The notes: generated from the letters alone by a model not told the origin. DNA of 64,000 nucleotides from Candidatus Hydrogenedentota bacterium (GCA_963745075.1 CAVUWV010000001.1:1-64000); one strand, 5' to 3'. Positions 1 to 11,916 are shown, counted from the stretch's first letter. Numbers and translations: made by a program.

Positions 1-2055
1 AGATCTCGGGGTGTCCTCCACCCGGGAAGATGCGCCGCCACATGGCGAGCGCCTCGTCGTGGAGCGCCCGGCGCCTTCCACGTCGTCCTTCCACGCCGCG
101 GTGAGTTCCCCGAGGTTGTGGATCGCGATCGCGTGCGCCGGCGTGTCTCCCTCCCGCTCGCGCAATCGACGCACGGCGCGCATCAGCGTGTCGGCCTCCG
201 CGAAGCGCTCGGCGCGCTCGTAGGTCTGGGCGAGACCCATGAGCTCTGTCGCGAAGACGAGGCTGTCGCCGCCGGTCGCCGCGTCGAGCGTCGCGATGGC
301 CGCCCGGTAGGCCTCGATCGCGTCGTCGTACCGTCCCGAGCGCTCGAGCGCCTTCGCCAGGTTGCCCTGCGTGGAGCCGATCTCGACGGCGGACGCGCCG
401 GCGTCCCGGCGGAGCTCGAGGGCCCGGGAGAGCACGTTCTCGGCTTCCTCGAGGTCGCCGACGAGGGCGAGACGCACGCCGAGGGCGTCGAGCGCCGTGC
501 CCGTCGCCGGGTCGTTCGCGCCGAGTTCGCGGGTCGATTCGTCGACGGCGCGGCGGAGCAGCTCCACGGCCCGCTCCTCGTGCCCGAGCTTCCCGAACAG
601 GACGCCGAGTCGGGTCAGCAGATCCACACGCGTCGCGGGACCGGCGTCGAGCGAGTCGACCCGGGCGAGCCCCGCTTCGAGGAGCGCGAACGCGGTGACG
701 GGTTCGCCCGGGTGGAGGTCCGGGTCCACGGCGTCGAACAGGCTGTACAGGAAGTCGCCCACCGCCTGCGCGCGTTCCGCCTCCGCCCGTGCCGCGCGTG
801 CCTGCCAGACCGTGCCGGCCATGCCGGCTGTCACGGCCAGGGCGAGCACGGCGCCGAGCACCGACGCGACGCGGTTCCGCCCCACGAACTTCGCGAACCG
901 GTAGCCCATCGAATCGGGCCGGGCGGCCACGGGTCGTCCGGCGAGGTGTCGCTCGAGATCCTCGCCGAGCGCCCGGACGGACGCGTACCGGCGGCCGGGG
1001 TCCTTCTGCATCGCGCGTGCGACGATCGTGGACAGGTCTCCCTCGAGCGCGCGGCGCCTGCGCGCGTCGAGGCCCCTCGATGCGCGACAGGGGTGTCGGG
1101 ACCTCGCGGAGCACGCGATCCAGGTCGGGCCAGCCGCGGCCCGCGGTCCCGAATGGCCGCTGGCCGCCCAGGAGCTCGTACAGCACGGCGCCCGAGGGCG
1201 TAGACGTCCGTCGCCGTGGTGGTCCGGTCGCCCCGGATCTGCTCGGGCGCCGCGTACTCCGGCGTGAGCAAGGACACCCCCGTCCGCGTCGCGCCGTCCT
1301 CCCTGTCCTCCTCGAGGAGGCGCGCGATCCCGAAGTCGAGGAGCTTCACCGACCCCGATCCGGTCACCAGGATGTTCGACGGCTTCAGGTCACGGTGGAT
1401 GACGAGGTTCCGGTGCGCGTAGTCGACGGCGTCGATCACCTGCAGCACGAGGCGGACGCGATCCGGCACGTCCAGCCCGGCGTTCTCGGAGTAGCTCCGT
1501 CAGGGCCGTTCCTTCGATGAGCTCTATCACGAAGTAGGGCCGGCCTCGGTCGGTGACCCCGCCGTCCAGGAGGGTCGCGATGCCCGGATGCTGGAGCCGA
1601 GCGAGGATCTGCCGTTCCTGCCTGAAGCGCCGCGCCGCCTCCTCGTCCAGCCGTTCCGCGTGGGCGAGCTTGAGGGCGACCCGCCGCTCGTAGGCACCGT
1701 CCGCCCGCTCGGCGCGGTAGACGCTGCCCATGCCGCCGCGGCCGATCAGTTCGAGCACGCGGTACCGGCCGACCCGCGTGCCAGGATCGAGCGCGGCCGG
1801 TGCCTGCGTCGCCACCGCGTCCGCCTCGAGCAGCGGCAGGGCCACGTCCTCCAGGGACCGATCGACCAGCGCCTCGGCCGCGTCGTCCGCCGCGAGGAGG
1901 CGCTCCACGGAGGCCCGGAGCTCGCGATCACCATCGCACGCTTCGTCCAGGAACACTGCGCGCTCGTCCGCCGGGCGCTCGCTCGCCTCGTGGAACAGCG
2001 CCTCCACCCGGGCCCAGCGCTTCGCGTCGAAGGGAGGAGGATGCGGCTCAGTCAT
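1..2055 (-). CDS. Ser/Thr protein kinase with TM and TPR-like C-terminus (ECF-associated); several frameshifts, runs off left edge
   Basis: GRGGMGSVY, VALK, HRDLKPSNIL, DFG and TPEYAAPEQ motifs are split across ORFs 1390..2055 and 831..1469. It overlaps the ECF gene stop. Confidence 0.88.
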
Positions 2056-2624
2056 CGCGCCCTCCTTCCTCCGTGAGCAGATCGTGCAGGAACGCCCTTG
2101 CCAGCCGCCAGTCCCGCTTCACCGTCCGCGGCGAGACGTCGAGCGAGCGAGCCGTTTCCTCCACGGTCAGGCCGCCGAAGAAACGCACCTCGACCACCGC
2201 CGCCAGTCTAGGGTCCTGCCTTGCCAGACGGGAAAGCGCGTCGTCGAGGGCCACCATCTGCTCCGCGGCCGAGTCCGCGCCGACCTCGATGCGGTCGAGA
2301 TCGAGCGGCGCCACGCCCCCGCCGCGCTTCGCCGTGAGCCGTCCGCGCGCCCGGTCGATCACGATGTGGCGCATCGCCCGCGCCGCCACCCGGAAGAAGT
2401 GCTGTCCGTCCGCCCAGTCGGGCCGGGTGGATCCGACGAGCTTGAGGTAGGCCTCGTGCACGAGCGCCGTCGTGTCGAGGGTTCGCGTCGAACCGCTGAG
2501 CTGCGCGTGGGCCCGCCGCCTCAGGTCCTCGTAGACGACTTCGAACAGCCGGTCCATCGCGTCCGTCGTCGCCCGCGCGGACCGCGGCGATGAGCTGGGT
2601 AACCGAGGGCGGGTTGTCGGACAT
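2048..2624 (-). CDS. ECF RNA polymerase sigma factor, TIGR02999-type; frameshift near 2560
   Basis: MSDNPPSVTQLIAAVRAGD joins LFEVVYEDLRRRA..TTALVHEAYLKL..FFGGLTVEETA..RTVKRDWRLARA. Confidence 0.9.
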
Positions 2625-2936
2625 CGGCACGAGCCGTGGCGCGGGACAAGGGAGGGAAACTCAACGGCCTTATGGCGTCAGGGAGGACGGTACGGCGGGG
2701 GTGGTGGTGAGGCAATGCGGGTAAGCGGATGGCGTGGGTGTGCTGGGAAAGTCGGAGATTCCGAGCAGGAGAGGGAGTTGGCTGGGATGGATTGATGAGC
2801 CGGTTGGACGCTCAAATGGGCGGAGTGGTGTGGCCGAAGGGCCGAGACGATCCGGGGCCTCGACATCGAGAACGTGAAGACCCCCCTCCTGGTCCAGGAC
2901 GGCACCAGCTGCGGCGCCGTGGACGAGGCGCGGTGT

Positions 2937-3125
2937 CTACGGCTCCAGAACGAGGGATCCCACCCGTTTGATCCTCTCGAAGTGGCAGTCGAACGTGAGG
3001 ACAAGCGCACCCGCGCGGGCGGCCGCTGCCGCGATCCGGATATCGCTGGTTGGCACGGGGGGCCCGGATCGGCGAAAGTCCACAACGATCTCTGCATAGT
3101 GGCGACTCACCTCGGCGTCGAACTG
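2937..3125 (-). pseudogene. PIN/VapC toxin C-terminal fragment
   Basis: YAEIVVDFRRSGPPVPTSDIRIAAAA..VLTFDCHFERI is present. There is no N-terminal PIN half and no antitoxin. Confidence 0.6.
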
Positions 3126-3434
3126 GGGGAACCTCGAAGGCCGGGCCGCCCGGCCGTCGCTCGAATCATCACGCGAGACAGGCCGCCTGATCCTCGGCCG
3201 GGCTTTGGAACAGGATGGGGTCGGGGATGATCCACGTGGGCGGGACGGCGGAGGCGAAGGCTGGTCCAACCGCAGACGGACTCGACGTATCCAACAACGA
3301 AAGCCGACGGAGAACGGTGATTGGACCTGAAACGGGCGCGTGATGACACGCGCCCGGGGGGGCGGAGACTGAAGTCGTTTCGACCTCGGACGGACTCGCC
3401 CCGTCTTCACACGCTACACCCACGGAGAACGGGG

Positions 3435-5814
3435 ATGCGAATGCTCGAAGGGGCGTGGCTTGAAGTTCGACATGCGTGGCGAACGCTGGCCGCCCGCCCG
3501 ATGCACACGAGCCTCTCTGTCCTGACGCTTTCCCTGGGGGTGGGCGGCACCGCCGCCATCGCGAGCGTGGCCGAGGAAGCGCTGCTTCGGCCCCTCCCCT
3601 ACGAGGACGACGTGTCCCTCGTGGCATTTTGGGGCCCCGAGGATTGGTCTGCGGCGGACTTCACCTCCCTCCGGGGCCGCTTCGACGGTATGGACGATGT
3701 CGCGGCCTGGCGTCCAGAGGAGTCGACGCTTCGAACCGGTGATGGGCCGGCCCGCCTCATATCCACGGCGTCGGGCTCCAGCGAACTCTTCGACGTGCTC
3801 GGCGTAGCCCCCGTCATGGGACGAGCCTTCCGCCCGGGCGACGATGAAGCAGGCGCCGAGCCCGTGACCGTCGTGAGCAACGGCTTCTGGGTGCGGGAGC
3901 TGGGTGGCGTCCCCGATGTCCTGGGGCGACGGATCACTCTGGACGGCGTTCGGCGAACCATCGTGGGCGTGATGCCCCGGGAATTCAGCTTCCCCGATCC
4001 GTCCGTGGAACTCTGGAGACCCCTGGAACTCGACCCCGAGGACAACGCGGGCATGCTCAGCCTCGTCGGCCGGGTCTCCCCCGGACGCGATCCGGCCGCC
4101 ATGACTTCGGAGGCTACACGAATACGTGAGAAGGTCACCGCCGCCCGTCCACCGTCTGATCGGCGTGGAAATGGGACCCAAGACGCCGAACTCACACCGT
4201 TGCGTACGGCGCTCCGCGGTGACATCGGCCCGACCCTCCTCCTCGTGGGAGGTGCCATGGTGCTCATCCTCCTCGTGGCGTGCGCCAATGTCGCCGCACT
4301 GACGACCGCCCGGACCTCGGGGCGGGTAGGAGAATTGTCACTCCGTATGGCTCTGGGTGCCGGTCGGGGACGCCTGGCCAGACAGTTGGTGGTCGAATCA
4401 ACCCTGGTGGCGCTTCTCGGAGGAATCGCCGGAGCGGTCATCGCGGCCGGTAGCTTCTCCTTCTTGACCGCCTCCTTTCCCACCTCACCCGGCGCACCGC
4501 CGCAGCTGGACCTGCGGCTCTTTGGCTTCTCGATGCTCATCGCTGTGGTGGCTGGGGTGGGCGTGGGCCTCTTTCCCGCAGGAGCGATCCTCCGCGACAA
4601 GCTCGGCGGCATGGCGGATCCGGCCAGGACCGGGGTTTCCACAGGGCGCGGGCGACTGGCGTCGGGCCTGGTGGTGGTGGAGGTGGCTCTGGCGGTCCTT
4701 CTCGTGTCCGGAGCTGCGCTTCTCCTCCGCAGCGTCCAGGAGTTGGCGGCCATCGACCTCGGATTCGAGCCGGTCGGCCTCACCAGCTTCGACATCGTCA
4801 TGGGTGGTGGGGAGATGGAGCAAGATGAGCGTCTGCGAACCCTGGATGCCGTGGTCCAGCGCCTCGAGGCACTTCCCGGAGTCACCTCGGTTGCGTCGGT
4901 ACAGAAGCTCCCGCTTCGAGGCCGCGGGTGGACAACGTCCTTCCGGGTGGAGAATCAGCCCGACGAACGGTTCATTTCCGCATTCCGTTCGGTCACCCCG
5001 GAGTACTTCGCCACCATGGGCATCGGCACCCGCCAGGGGCGCACGACCGCGTCGTTCGACGTGGCCGAGTCGGAGCCGGTGGTCGTGGTCAACCAGACCC
5101 TCGCCCGCACCCTGTGGCCAGGAGAGTCAGCGCTCGGAAAGCGGGTGACCTCGGGATTCACGTCGGAATGGGCGACCGTGGTGGGCGTGGTGGAAGACGT
5201 ACGGGTATCCGCGCTCACTGACGACGCCGTGGGCGTGCGCTATCAACTCTACCGTCAGGACGGCGTCGTGCCGGAAGGGAACACCCTGGTCGTGCGATTC
5301 TCGCGCCGTCCGACGGGGCTAATCGAGCCCGTGCGGGCGGCGATCCATGACGTTGACCCCCGCATCGCCATCGGCCGCGTTGCGTCACTGGAGACCATTG
5401 CCCGTGAGGCAAGAGGGGCGGCTGGCGAGATCGTCCTTCTGCTCTCGCTTCTGGGAGGCCTGGCGTTGGCCCTGGGCGCCATCGGCGTCTACGGCATCAC
5501 CGCGAACTACGTGGGCCAGCGCACCCGGGAATGGGGTGTGCGCCTGGCACTCGGTCGGGAGCCCGCCAGGCTGGTGGTCCTCATCCTCCGGCGTGGCCTT
5601 CTAGCTGGTGGGTACGGGCGTTGCCGCGGGGGTGCTGTTGGCTCTCATGGGATCGCGGGCCCTGGCGGCGCTCTTGTACGAGGTCGGCCCCCACGACCCC
5701 GTTGCCCTCGGGGCCGCCGCCGCCGCTCTCGTGGCCACCGGGGCCATTTCCGCGCTGATACCCGCCCTGAGGGCAGGCCGCACCGACCCCGTTGTGTCCT
5801 TGAGAGACGAATGA
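3435..5814 (+). CDS. Duplicated ABC-type permease (MacB/FtsX, ADOP-like); frameshift near 5600
   Basis: Two permease halves (LLVACANVA..RMALGAGRGRL and GVYG..REWGVRLALG). The C-terminus PALRAGRTDPVVSLRDE is in ORF 5608..5814. Confidence 0.9.
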
Positions 5815-6009
5815 GCGGAGGCCCCTGGTTGGCCGGCCAACCAAGCGAGAGCGGGAGCCCGGGGAACAGTCAGCGCATAGGGTGGCGTGCCAAGATCAGG
5901 AGGTTGGCGGCGAAGACAGAGGCGCCGACATAGCAGGCGAAGGAGGCTCTGCCCTTCCAGGTGCAGCGGCCGAGACCGAAGGAGCGCTTGCAGCCTTCCG
6001 ACTCCGCGA

Positions 6010-6143
6010 TGCCCGGCTCCGACCGGCACCTCCGGGACATCGCAATGATGCTGAGGATCAGCGGTGATCTCCTGGATCACACAGCCATGGGCGCATGGCT
6101 GAGCCGACTCGGCCGCGAAGCGGGGTACGCGCTGAGGTGGTGA
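6010..6143 (+). pseudogene. C-terminal remnant of a nucleotidyltransferase-like protein
   Basis: SDRHLRDIAMMLRISGDLLDHTAMGAWLSRLG resembles the helical tail of such proteins. No N-terminus is visible. Confidence 0.3.
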
Positions 6144-6147
6144 GGGC

Positions 6148-6453
6148 TCAGTACCCCCCGTACTTCCCCGCCATCCGCACGAGAACGAGCAGCACCACGG
6201 CGGCCATGGCGACCACGGACAGCCCCACGCGCGCCAGGCGCGTCAGCTTTCCGCGGCGCACGATGAGGTGTGGCAGCGCGATGCCGACGCAGCCGAGGAA
6301 GGTGCCCGCTACGTGCACCGGGAACGGGAGCGTGCGGCGCGCGCCCCGCCCGGGGGCGAGGTGACTGCGCAGCAGATCCCCGAACGCGGGTTCGAAGATC
6401 CGTTCCCGGATCTCGGCGGGGAGCAGGCGCCCCAGCAGGCGCCATCGTCCCAC
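6148..6453 (-). CDS. Small membrane protein downstream of PadR
   Basis: LLPAEIRERIFEPAFGDL is a PadR-partner-type N-terminus, followed by a C-terminal TM helix. Confidence 0.6.
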   Translation of the reverse strand: MGRWRLLGRLLPAEIRERIFEPAFGDLLRSHLAPGRGARRTLPFPVHVAGTFLGCVGIALPHLIVRRGKLTRLARVGLSVVAMAAVVLLVLVRMAGKYGGY

Positions 6454-6469
6454 ACCCCGACCTCCGCCC

Positions 6470-6799
6470 TCACGCACCGGCCAGCCCCTCCAGCCCGTCG
6501 GCGGCGTCAATAGCGCGCACGTAGAAGTCGCGGCTCGCCTCCCAGGCACGCAGGCCGTCGGCCGAGGCGACGTAGAGGCGCTCGCGGATGATCTGCCCCT
6601 CGACGATCTCCTGCTGGTAGCGGCCCTCCACGAGCCCGCCGTCCTCCAGGCGCGCCATCAATTGATAGAAGGCCGGGCCGCTCTTCCGGACGCCGAAGTC
6701 GGCGAGGTGGCCCCGAAGCTCCCGTCCGGCCAGCTCGCGGCCCCGGAGCGCCCCCAGGATCAGGAACTGCAGGTGGGAGAGTCGCGGAATGCGTGGCAT
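6470..6799 (-). CDS. PadR-family transcriptional regulator
   Basis: QFLILGAL..SGPAFYQLMARLEDGGLVEG..RERLYVASADG winged helix. Confidence 0.85.
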   Translation of the reverse strand: MPRIPRLSHLQFLILGALRGRELAGRELRGHLADFGVRKSGPAFYQLMARLEDGGLVEGRYQQEIVEGQIIRERLYVASADGLRAWEASRDFYVRAIDAADGLEGLAGA

Positions 6800-6812
6800 C
6801 GTTGCGTCCCGA

Positions 6813-6847
6813 GTAACATAACGTAACATTATCTTACTACACGTTAT
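6813..6847. promoter_or_regulatory. Candidate PadR operator in divergent promoter
   Basis: AT-rich patch with direct repeat GTAACAT (6813, 6823) and inverted repeat ATAACGT-N16-ACGTTAT. Confidence 0.45.
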
Positions 6848-6870
6848 CTCAAGATGCGGAGGGGTGGGGC

Positions 6871-7273
6871 ATGGCGTCAACGTCCGGTGGAAAGCGGTGG
6901 GCGGCCCGGCTGGCGGTGGCGGGGCTGTGGTTGGTGACGGCGCTGGAGGTGATGTCCATGGGTAAGGCGGGATCCATGAAGTTCGACCCGTCCCGAGATG
7001 TGGATCGGGTACTTCGCCGAATTCGGGTACCCTGCCTGGTTCTCCTACGCCATCGGCGCCCTGGAGATTGCGGGTGTCGCGCTCCTCCTGATTCCGCGCA
7101 TCGCACCCTACGCCGCACTGGGGCTCGTGGTCATCATGCTCGGCGCCCTCCAGGCGGTAACCACCCACGAGACGGCGCTGGGCGCGGATGGTCCCATCGT
7201 CCATCTGGTGCTGCTGGGCATCATCCTGGCCGGGCGCTGGCGCGGGCGCTGGGGAACGGCGAGCGAGCCCTAG
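6871..7273 (+). CDS. DoxX-family membrane protein; frameshift near 6995
   Basis: AGSMKF joins WIGYFAEFGYPAWFSYAIGALEIAGVALLLIP. Confidence 0.8.
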
Positions 7274-7316
7274 CGCCGTCCCCTGTGGGTCCTGAAAAAT
7301 CCACGCCCGGAGTTGG

Positions 7317-8156
7317 TCAGAGCACCCTCCACCACGGCGTGCCCAAGATCCGATCCGACAGCCATCCCGACCGCTCCCCTGCGTGGAGCAGGACGCAGCC
7401 CTTCACTGCGTCGCCGTGGCGATCCCGGAACTCTATCAGGCTGGCCCAGTCGCGCGGACGGGGGCGATCCGTCGACTTCACCTCCACCCCGACCACCGAT
7501 CCTTCCGACTCGATCACGAAATCAACTTCTCGCCCTTCATAGGTCCTCCAATAGAGCACCTGCGTTGCGCCCGGCCGGGTGTCCTTCCAAGCCTGCAGGT
7601 CCATGAGGGTGAGGTTCTCGAGATGCCCCCCTCTTTGGCTCCGTCTCGCCGGCGACGTGCAGGGCGAGGGCCGGGTCACTCCAGAAGAGCTTGGGCGACT
7701 TCACGACCCGCTTCGTCCGGTTCCCCGCGAAGGTCTGGACGCGCAGGATCTGGAACGACGTCTCCAGGAGGTTCAGATACCGGCGCGCAGTGGTGTGGGG
7801 CACATCAGCGTCCCGAGCGATCTCTGACTGAACCGCCAGGCCACCGACCCGAAGTGCGGCAATTCGCATGAGGCGCCGGAAGTCCACAAGGCCGTCGATG
7901 AGGCCAATTGCTGGAGGTCCCGTTCCAGGTACGTCCTCAGATGATCCAGGAATCGGGTGATCCGTCCTTTGAACACATCCCACACACCCGTACTTCCCCT
8001 GCCCAGCAGTTCCCCACGGGTCAACGGCCACAGGTTGACGTAGCCAGCGCGACCGGCGAGCGACTCGGCCACGTTCTCCATCAACAGCAGGTTTGCGGAG
8101 CCAGTCAGGAGGAACCGTCCGGGCCTCCTCGGCCGGTCCTCATCGACGGCGAACAT
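7317..8156 (-). pseudogene. AAA_14/DUF4143 ATP-binding protein, 5'-truncated and fragmented
   Basis: FLLTGSANL..ESLAGR, TYLERDL, KSPKLFW and EVDFVIE..VEVK lie in three frames. Walker A is missing. Confidence 0.8.
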
Positions 8157-8395
8157 TATGCCACGCTGTGGTCAGATGCGTAGTCGTACCGGCACGACTT
8201 CGGCCATTTGGCGCAACCCGTCCGCGATACGTAGCCAGTCCCTCATCGACGCCCGCTCTTTCGCCGAAGGCCGAGTCGGGCTGGTAGTCGAAGATCACCC
8301 CGTAGACATCCGGTCGGAGAGCCGGGTCGACGCCGCCGTCCACCTCCAGCACGCCGTGCAGCCACTGGCAGTGGAACCTGCAGGTCGATCGTGCT

Positions 8396-8716
8396 TCAGG
8401 TGATCAGAGGCTTGGTGTAGGCGAACACGGCGACCGCCACGACGGCGTAAGCAAGGGCGACGACGAGGTGTAGCTTGTTGTTGCCGGACCACGCCATGTA
8501 TCCACACAGCGCAAGTGCCAGGAGCCCGAAGAAGGCGCGGCGGTTCTCCAAGAAGTAGGGCGTCAGCTCGACCTCTCGCCCGTGCTCCGGAAACACCAGC
8601 TTGGCCAACCCGAAGAGCACGATGGGCAGGTAGAGGAAGAAGCGGATCTCGGAAAGCAACCACTCGGGACGCCTCGAAGCGCGCCACCGACTGAGCCAGA
8701 CGAGCACGGCCCTCAT
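8396..8716 (-). CDS. Hypothetical membrane protein (possibly partial)
   Basis: Three hydrophobic segments and GC-rich codon usage. Confidence 0.4.
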   Translation of the reverse strand: MRAVLVWLSRWRASRRPEWLLSEIRFFLYLPIVLFGLAKLVFPEHGREVELTPYFLENRRAFFGLLALALCGYMAWSGNNKLHLVVALAYAVVAVAVFAYTKPLIT

Positions 8717-8824
8717 GGGCCCGGCGAGACGCCGTGCGACGACGATCCTGGCACGTGGAGCTTCGGCACCAACGCGATGTCGATGGTCCGCTGAGGGGCC
8801 CGGTCGCGCGGCGCCGGAGGGCGA

Positions 8825-9364
8825 CTACGTGGGCGCCGATGCCCGCGAGGCCGGACGCCCGAGCGTGACGCCCCCGGTCCGCAGCGGGCGAGACCCGGTC
8901 TGGTCCCCCGAAGCTCCGCCTCCGGACCGAGCCTGGCCGCCCTGCCGGCGCTCCGTGGCCGGCTCCGTCTGGTCGCCGGGCCCGCTCACCACGCTCGCCC
9001 GTGCGACGACCATGAACCCCGCCCCCGCCAGCACGAGGAGCGCCAGGAAGGCCAACCCGAGCAGGTTGTCAGGGCGACGGTCCCGCCGCTCCCGCGGATG
9101 TGCGGCGGTGCGCTCGGCCAGCCGTCTCAAGCTGGCGCACACCCAGGTCCAGTGCAGGGCGACATGGAGGGTGACCATGGCGACGAGGCCGACGGCGATC
9201 CAGAAGTGGATACCGCCCCAATCGTGCCGCCCCAGCCCCCACACGGTCTTGCCGCTGCTGCCCGGTGGCAGGGTGAAGCGCATGAGCAACCCGGTGCCGG
9301 CGACGGCCAGCATGCCCACGAGCGAGAGAGCGTCGAGCACGAAGTGGACGGTGTTCTTGCGCAT
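8825..9364 (-). CDS. DUF4405 cytochrome-b-like membrane protein
   Basis: TGLL..RHDWGGIHFW..LHVALHWTW His pattern. GAGGAG RBS precedes ATG 9364. Confidence 0.8.
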   Translation of the reverse strand: MRKNTVHFVLDALSLVGMLAVAGTGLLMRFTLPPGSSGKTVWGLGRHDWGGIHFWIAVGLVAMVTLHVALHWTWVCASLRRLAERTAAHPRERRDRRPDNLLGLAFLALLVLAGAGFMVVARASVVSGPGDQTEPATERRQGGQARSGGGASGDQTGSRPLRTGGVTLGRPASRASAPT

Positions 9365-9659
9365 GATCTCCTCAGGCCTTCCGTCAGGCCGGAGCGGCAG
9401 GAACCCCGGTGTTCGAACTCTCCTCCTTGGGATGACAGACGCGTACCCTGCGGCAGTCGTTAAGCGCGGGAGCGGTCGAGCTTGTGACCTCATGCTCCGG
9501 AGGGCGACGTCGAGTTTCGACCCCGCCGATCCCGAACCCGCCCCCGACTTCCAGTTCTCTTTCACCCTCCTCCCCGCCGGTGAGCGTCTCCACCGCTTGC
9601 CACTCCCGGGACCACAGCCTACGGTCCCCTTCGGCCCAGGGCCTTTCCATCACCTATAC

Positions 9660-9885
9660 GTCGTTACGAGCTCCGTGCCTTTGCGTCGACGATGATCGAA
9701 ACAACGTCACCGCTTTCGGAGTCTTGCACGGTACGCATACGAACGACGGCGGCCCTGTTCCCCCTACTGGAAAGAGCGAGGCGGCAGACTATCTCTATGT
9801 GATGGAATTCGACGACGGCGAGATCCGCCATATGACCAAGATATGGAATGACGTCTTCAGCCTTAGGCAGATCGGGTGGATGTAG
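9660..9885 (+). pseudogene. SnoaL/ester cyclase C-terminal fragment
   Basis: HGTHT..GPVPPTGK..DYLYVMEF..IRHMTKIWND is present. The 5' half is absent. Confidence 0.65.
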
Positions 9886-9887
9886 CC

Positions 9888-10763
9888 ATGTCTCGCTCCA
9901 TGCATCGTCGTGAGTTCCTGATCGGGGCGGCCGCCTCCGCCACGGCGTCCCTGCTTGCGCCGGCGGCACGGGCGCTTGCCCTCCAACAGGTCGCGGACCC
10001 CGATCCGGATTTCCATGTCTTTCTGGCGTTCGGGCAATCCAACATGGAGGGCTTTCCGGGGATCGAGGATCAGGACAAGAACGGCGTGGACCCGCGGTTT
10101 CGGATGCTGGCCGCAGTGGACTTTCCCGACCTCGGCCGTCAGCAAGGCGAGTGGTACCCGGCGATTCCGCCTCTCTGCCGCCCTTCGACAGGGCTCTGCC
10201 CGGCAGACTATTTCGGCCGCACCATGGTGGCCGCGATTCCGGAAAGGTACTCGGTGGGCGTGATCAACGTGTCCGTGGCCGGCTGCAAGATCGAACTCTT
10301 CGACAAGGCGACCTACGAGGCCTATGTCGCGACCGCTCCGTCGTGGATGACGAACATCATCGCGCAGTATGGCGGAAATCCCTACCAGCACCTGGTGGAC
10401 ATGGCCACCCTGGCGCAGCAACGGGGTGTCATCAAGGGTATCCTGCTGCACCAGGGAGAGTCGAATACGAACGACCGCGAATGGCCCAACAAGGTCGGCA
10501 AGATCTACGGCGACCTCCTCAGGGACCTGAACCTCGATACCGAAGAGGTACCGCTCCTCGCGGGTGAGACCGTCCATGCCGATCAGGAGGGGGCTGCGGC
10601 CAGCATGAATGCGATCATCGCCGAGCTTCCGAGCGTCGTCCCCAATTCTCACGTGATTTCGTCGGCGGGATGCGAATCCCGGCGAGACCATCTGCATTTC
10701 ACGCCGGCGGGTTACCGTGAACTCGGCAGGCGCTATGCCGAGAGGATGCTGGAGATGATGTAG
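9888..10763 (+). CDS. Tat-exported SASA/CE6 carbohydrate acetylesterase
   Basis: RREFL twin-arginine signal; GQSNMEG, HQGESN and DHLH catalytic motifs. Confidence 0.9.
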   Translation: MSRSMHRREFLIGAAASATASLLAPAARALALQQVADPDPDFHVFLAFGQSNMEGFPGIEDQDKNGVDPRFRMLAAVDFPDLGRQQGEWYPAIPPLCRPSTGLCPADYFGRTMVAAIPERYSVGVINVSVAGCKIELFDKATYEAYVATAPSWMTNIIAQYGGNPYQHLVDMATLAQQRGVIKGILLHQGESNTNDREWPNKVGKIYGDLLRDLNLDTEEVPLLAGETVHADQEGAAASMNAIIAELPSVVPNSHVISSAGCESRRDHLHFTPAGYRELGRRYAERMLEMM

Positions 10764-11007
10764 GGACCACCCGCGTCCCTGGCGCGGTCTCCCATGACGA
10801 GTCCACATCCGTTCGCGTGTCGAAGTCAGCTCTCCGCCGCCGGTCGGTCCATGGGAAGCATGACCCGACTCTTCCACCTCCCCCGGTATCCGGAACGCCT
10901 ATGTCATCCGCGGCCCGGGTCGCCTCCTTTCCCAGGCAGCAACCTGCCCGGGTTCGGGCGGGTATGGTGAGTCAATCCAGCCCGTCCCCCCGACTGCATT
11001 CGCCTGC

Positions 11008-11913
11008 ATGACGGAACCACCTCCCGAATATGCGGTGTCCGGGACCATTTCCTCCCTGCGGAGGGAAGCCGGCGCCTTTCTCCTGCTTGCGACCGTGCTT
11101 TCGTGGGCGGTCATGATTCCGGTCTGGCACGGCCTGCCCGGCGATTTCCAACCCGGGGACCAGGAGGCCCTGCAGCGCGCGTTTGGCTCGTGGATGATGC
11201 TGTTTGGCGCCGGCCCCATGATCGCCGCGATCATCATGACTGCGGTCATGCGCGGACCCCGCGCGCTGGCGGCCTTGTTCGCCCGGGTGGTCCGGGTTCG
11301 CGTCGGACTGCACTGGTTCGCCATCGCGCTTTTCTTGCCGCTGCTGCCCCAATGGATTGCGCTGTGGAGCTGGTCGCAGCTGACCGGCCATCCGATTCGA
11401 TGGGATGCCCTCGATGGCTATGTCGTGAGCTGGCTGCAGATCGCCGTCGTCAGCAGCGCGTTCTTCATCACGGAGGAATTGGGCTGGCGCGGTTTCCTGC
11501 TGCCTCGCGTCCTTGTCGGTCGCAGCTGGCTCGTCGCCGGTCTGGGCGTTGGTGTCATCTGGGCGGTCTGGCACTATCCCTACTGGCTTACGTCCACCTG
11601 GGGCACCGTCGGCGACTGGCCGGTGACGATCACCATCGCGATGGGCTCCACGGTGCGTGCGGTTGCTCTGTCCGTGCTGCTGACCTGGATATTCCGCGCC
11701 ACCCGCGGCAGCGTGCTGCTGGCGATGATCTTCCATGGGGCCAACAACGCCAATTTCGACAAGATGTTCGCCGCCGCCGGCGACGCCGCCATCGACGGCC
11801 CGGTCTACATGCTGCTGCAGGGCCTGGGCGCGGCGCTGGTTGCGACGGTGGTTGCTGCCGTGGTGGTCCGTGGTGCACGGCGCTCACCGTCCGTCCCTCA
11901 ACCGGCCGATTGA
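11008..11913 (+). CDS. CPBP (CAAX/Abi) intramembrane glutamic endopeptidase
   Basis: EELGWRGF, WAVWH and FHGANN motifs; multiple TM helices. Confidence 0.9.
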   Translation: MTEPPPEYAVSGTISSLRREAGAFLLLATVLSWAVMIPVWHGLPGDFQPGDQEALQRAFGSWMMLFGAGPMIAAIIMTAVMRGPRALAALFARVVRVRVGLHWFAIALFLPLLPQWIALWSWSQLTGHPIRWDALDGYVVSWLQIAVVSSAFFITEELGWRGFLLPRVLVGRSWLVAGLGVGVIWAVWHYPYWLTSTWGTVGDWPVTITIAMGSTVRAVALSVLLTWIFRATRGSVLLAMIFHGANNANFDKMFAAAGDAAIDGPVYMLLQGLGAALVATVVAAVVVRGARRSPSVPQPAD

Positions 11914-11916
11914 CCC

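Noticed and set aside
118..2593. Long plus-strand ORFs opposite the kinase/ECF genes, and similar antisense ORFs elsewhere
   Set aside because: These are shadow ORFs of high-GC coding DNA, Arg/Pro-rich with no motifs.
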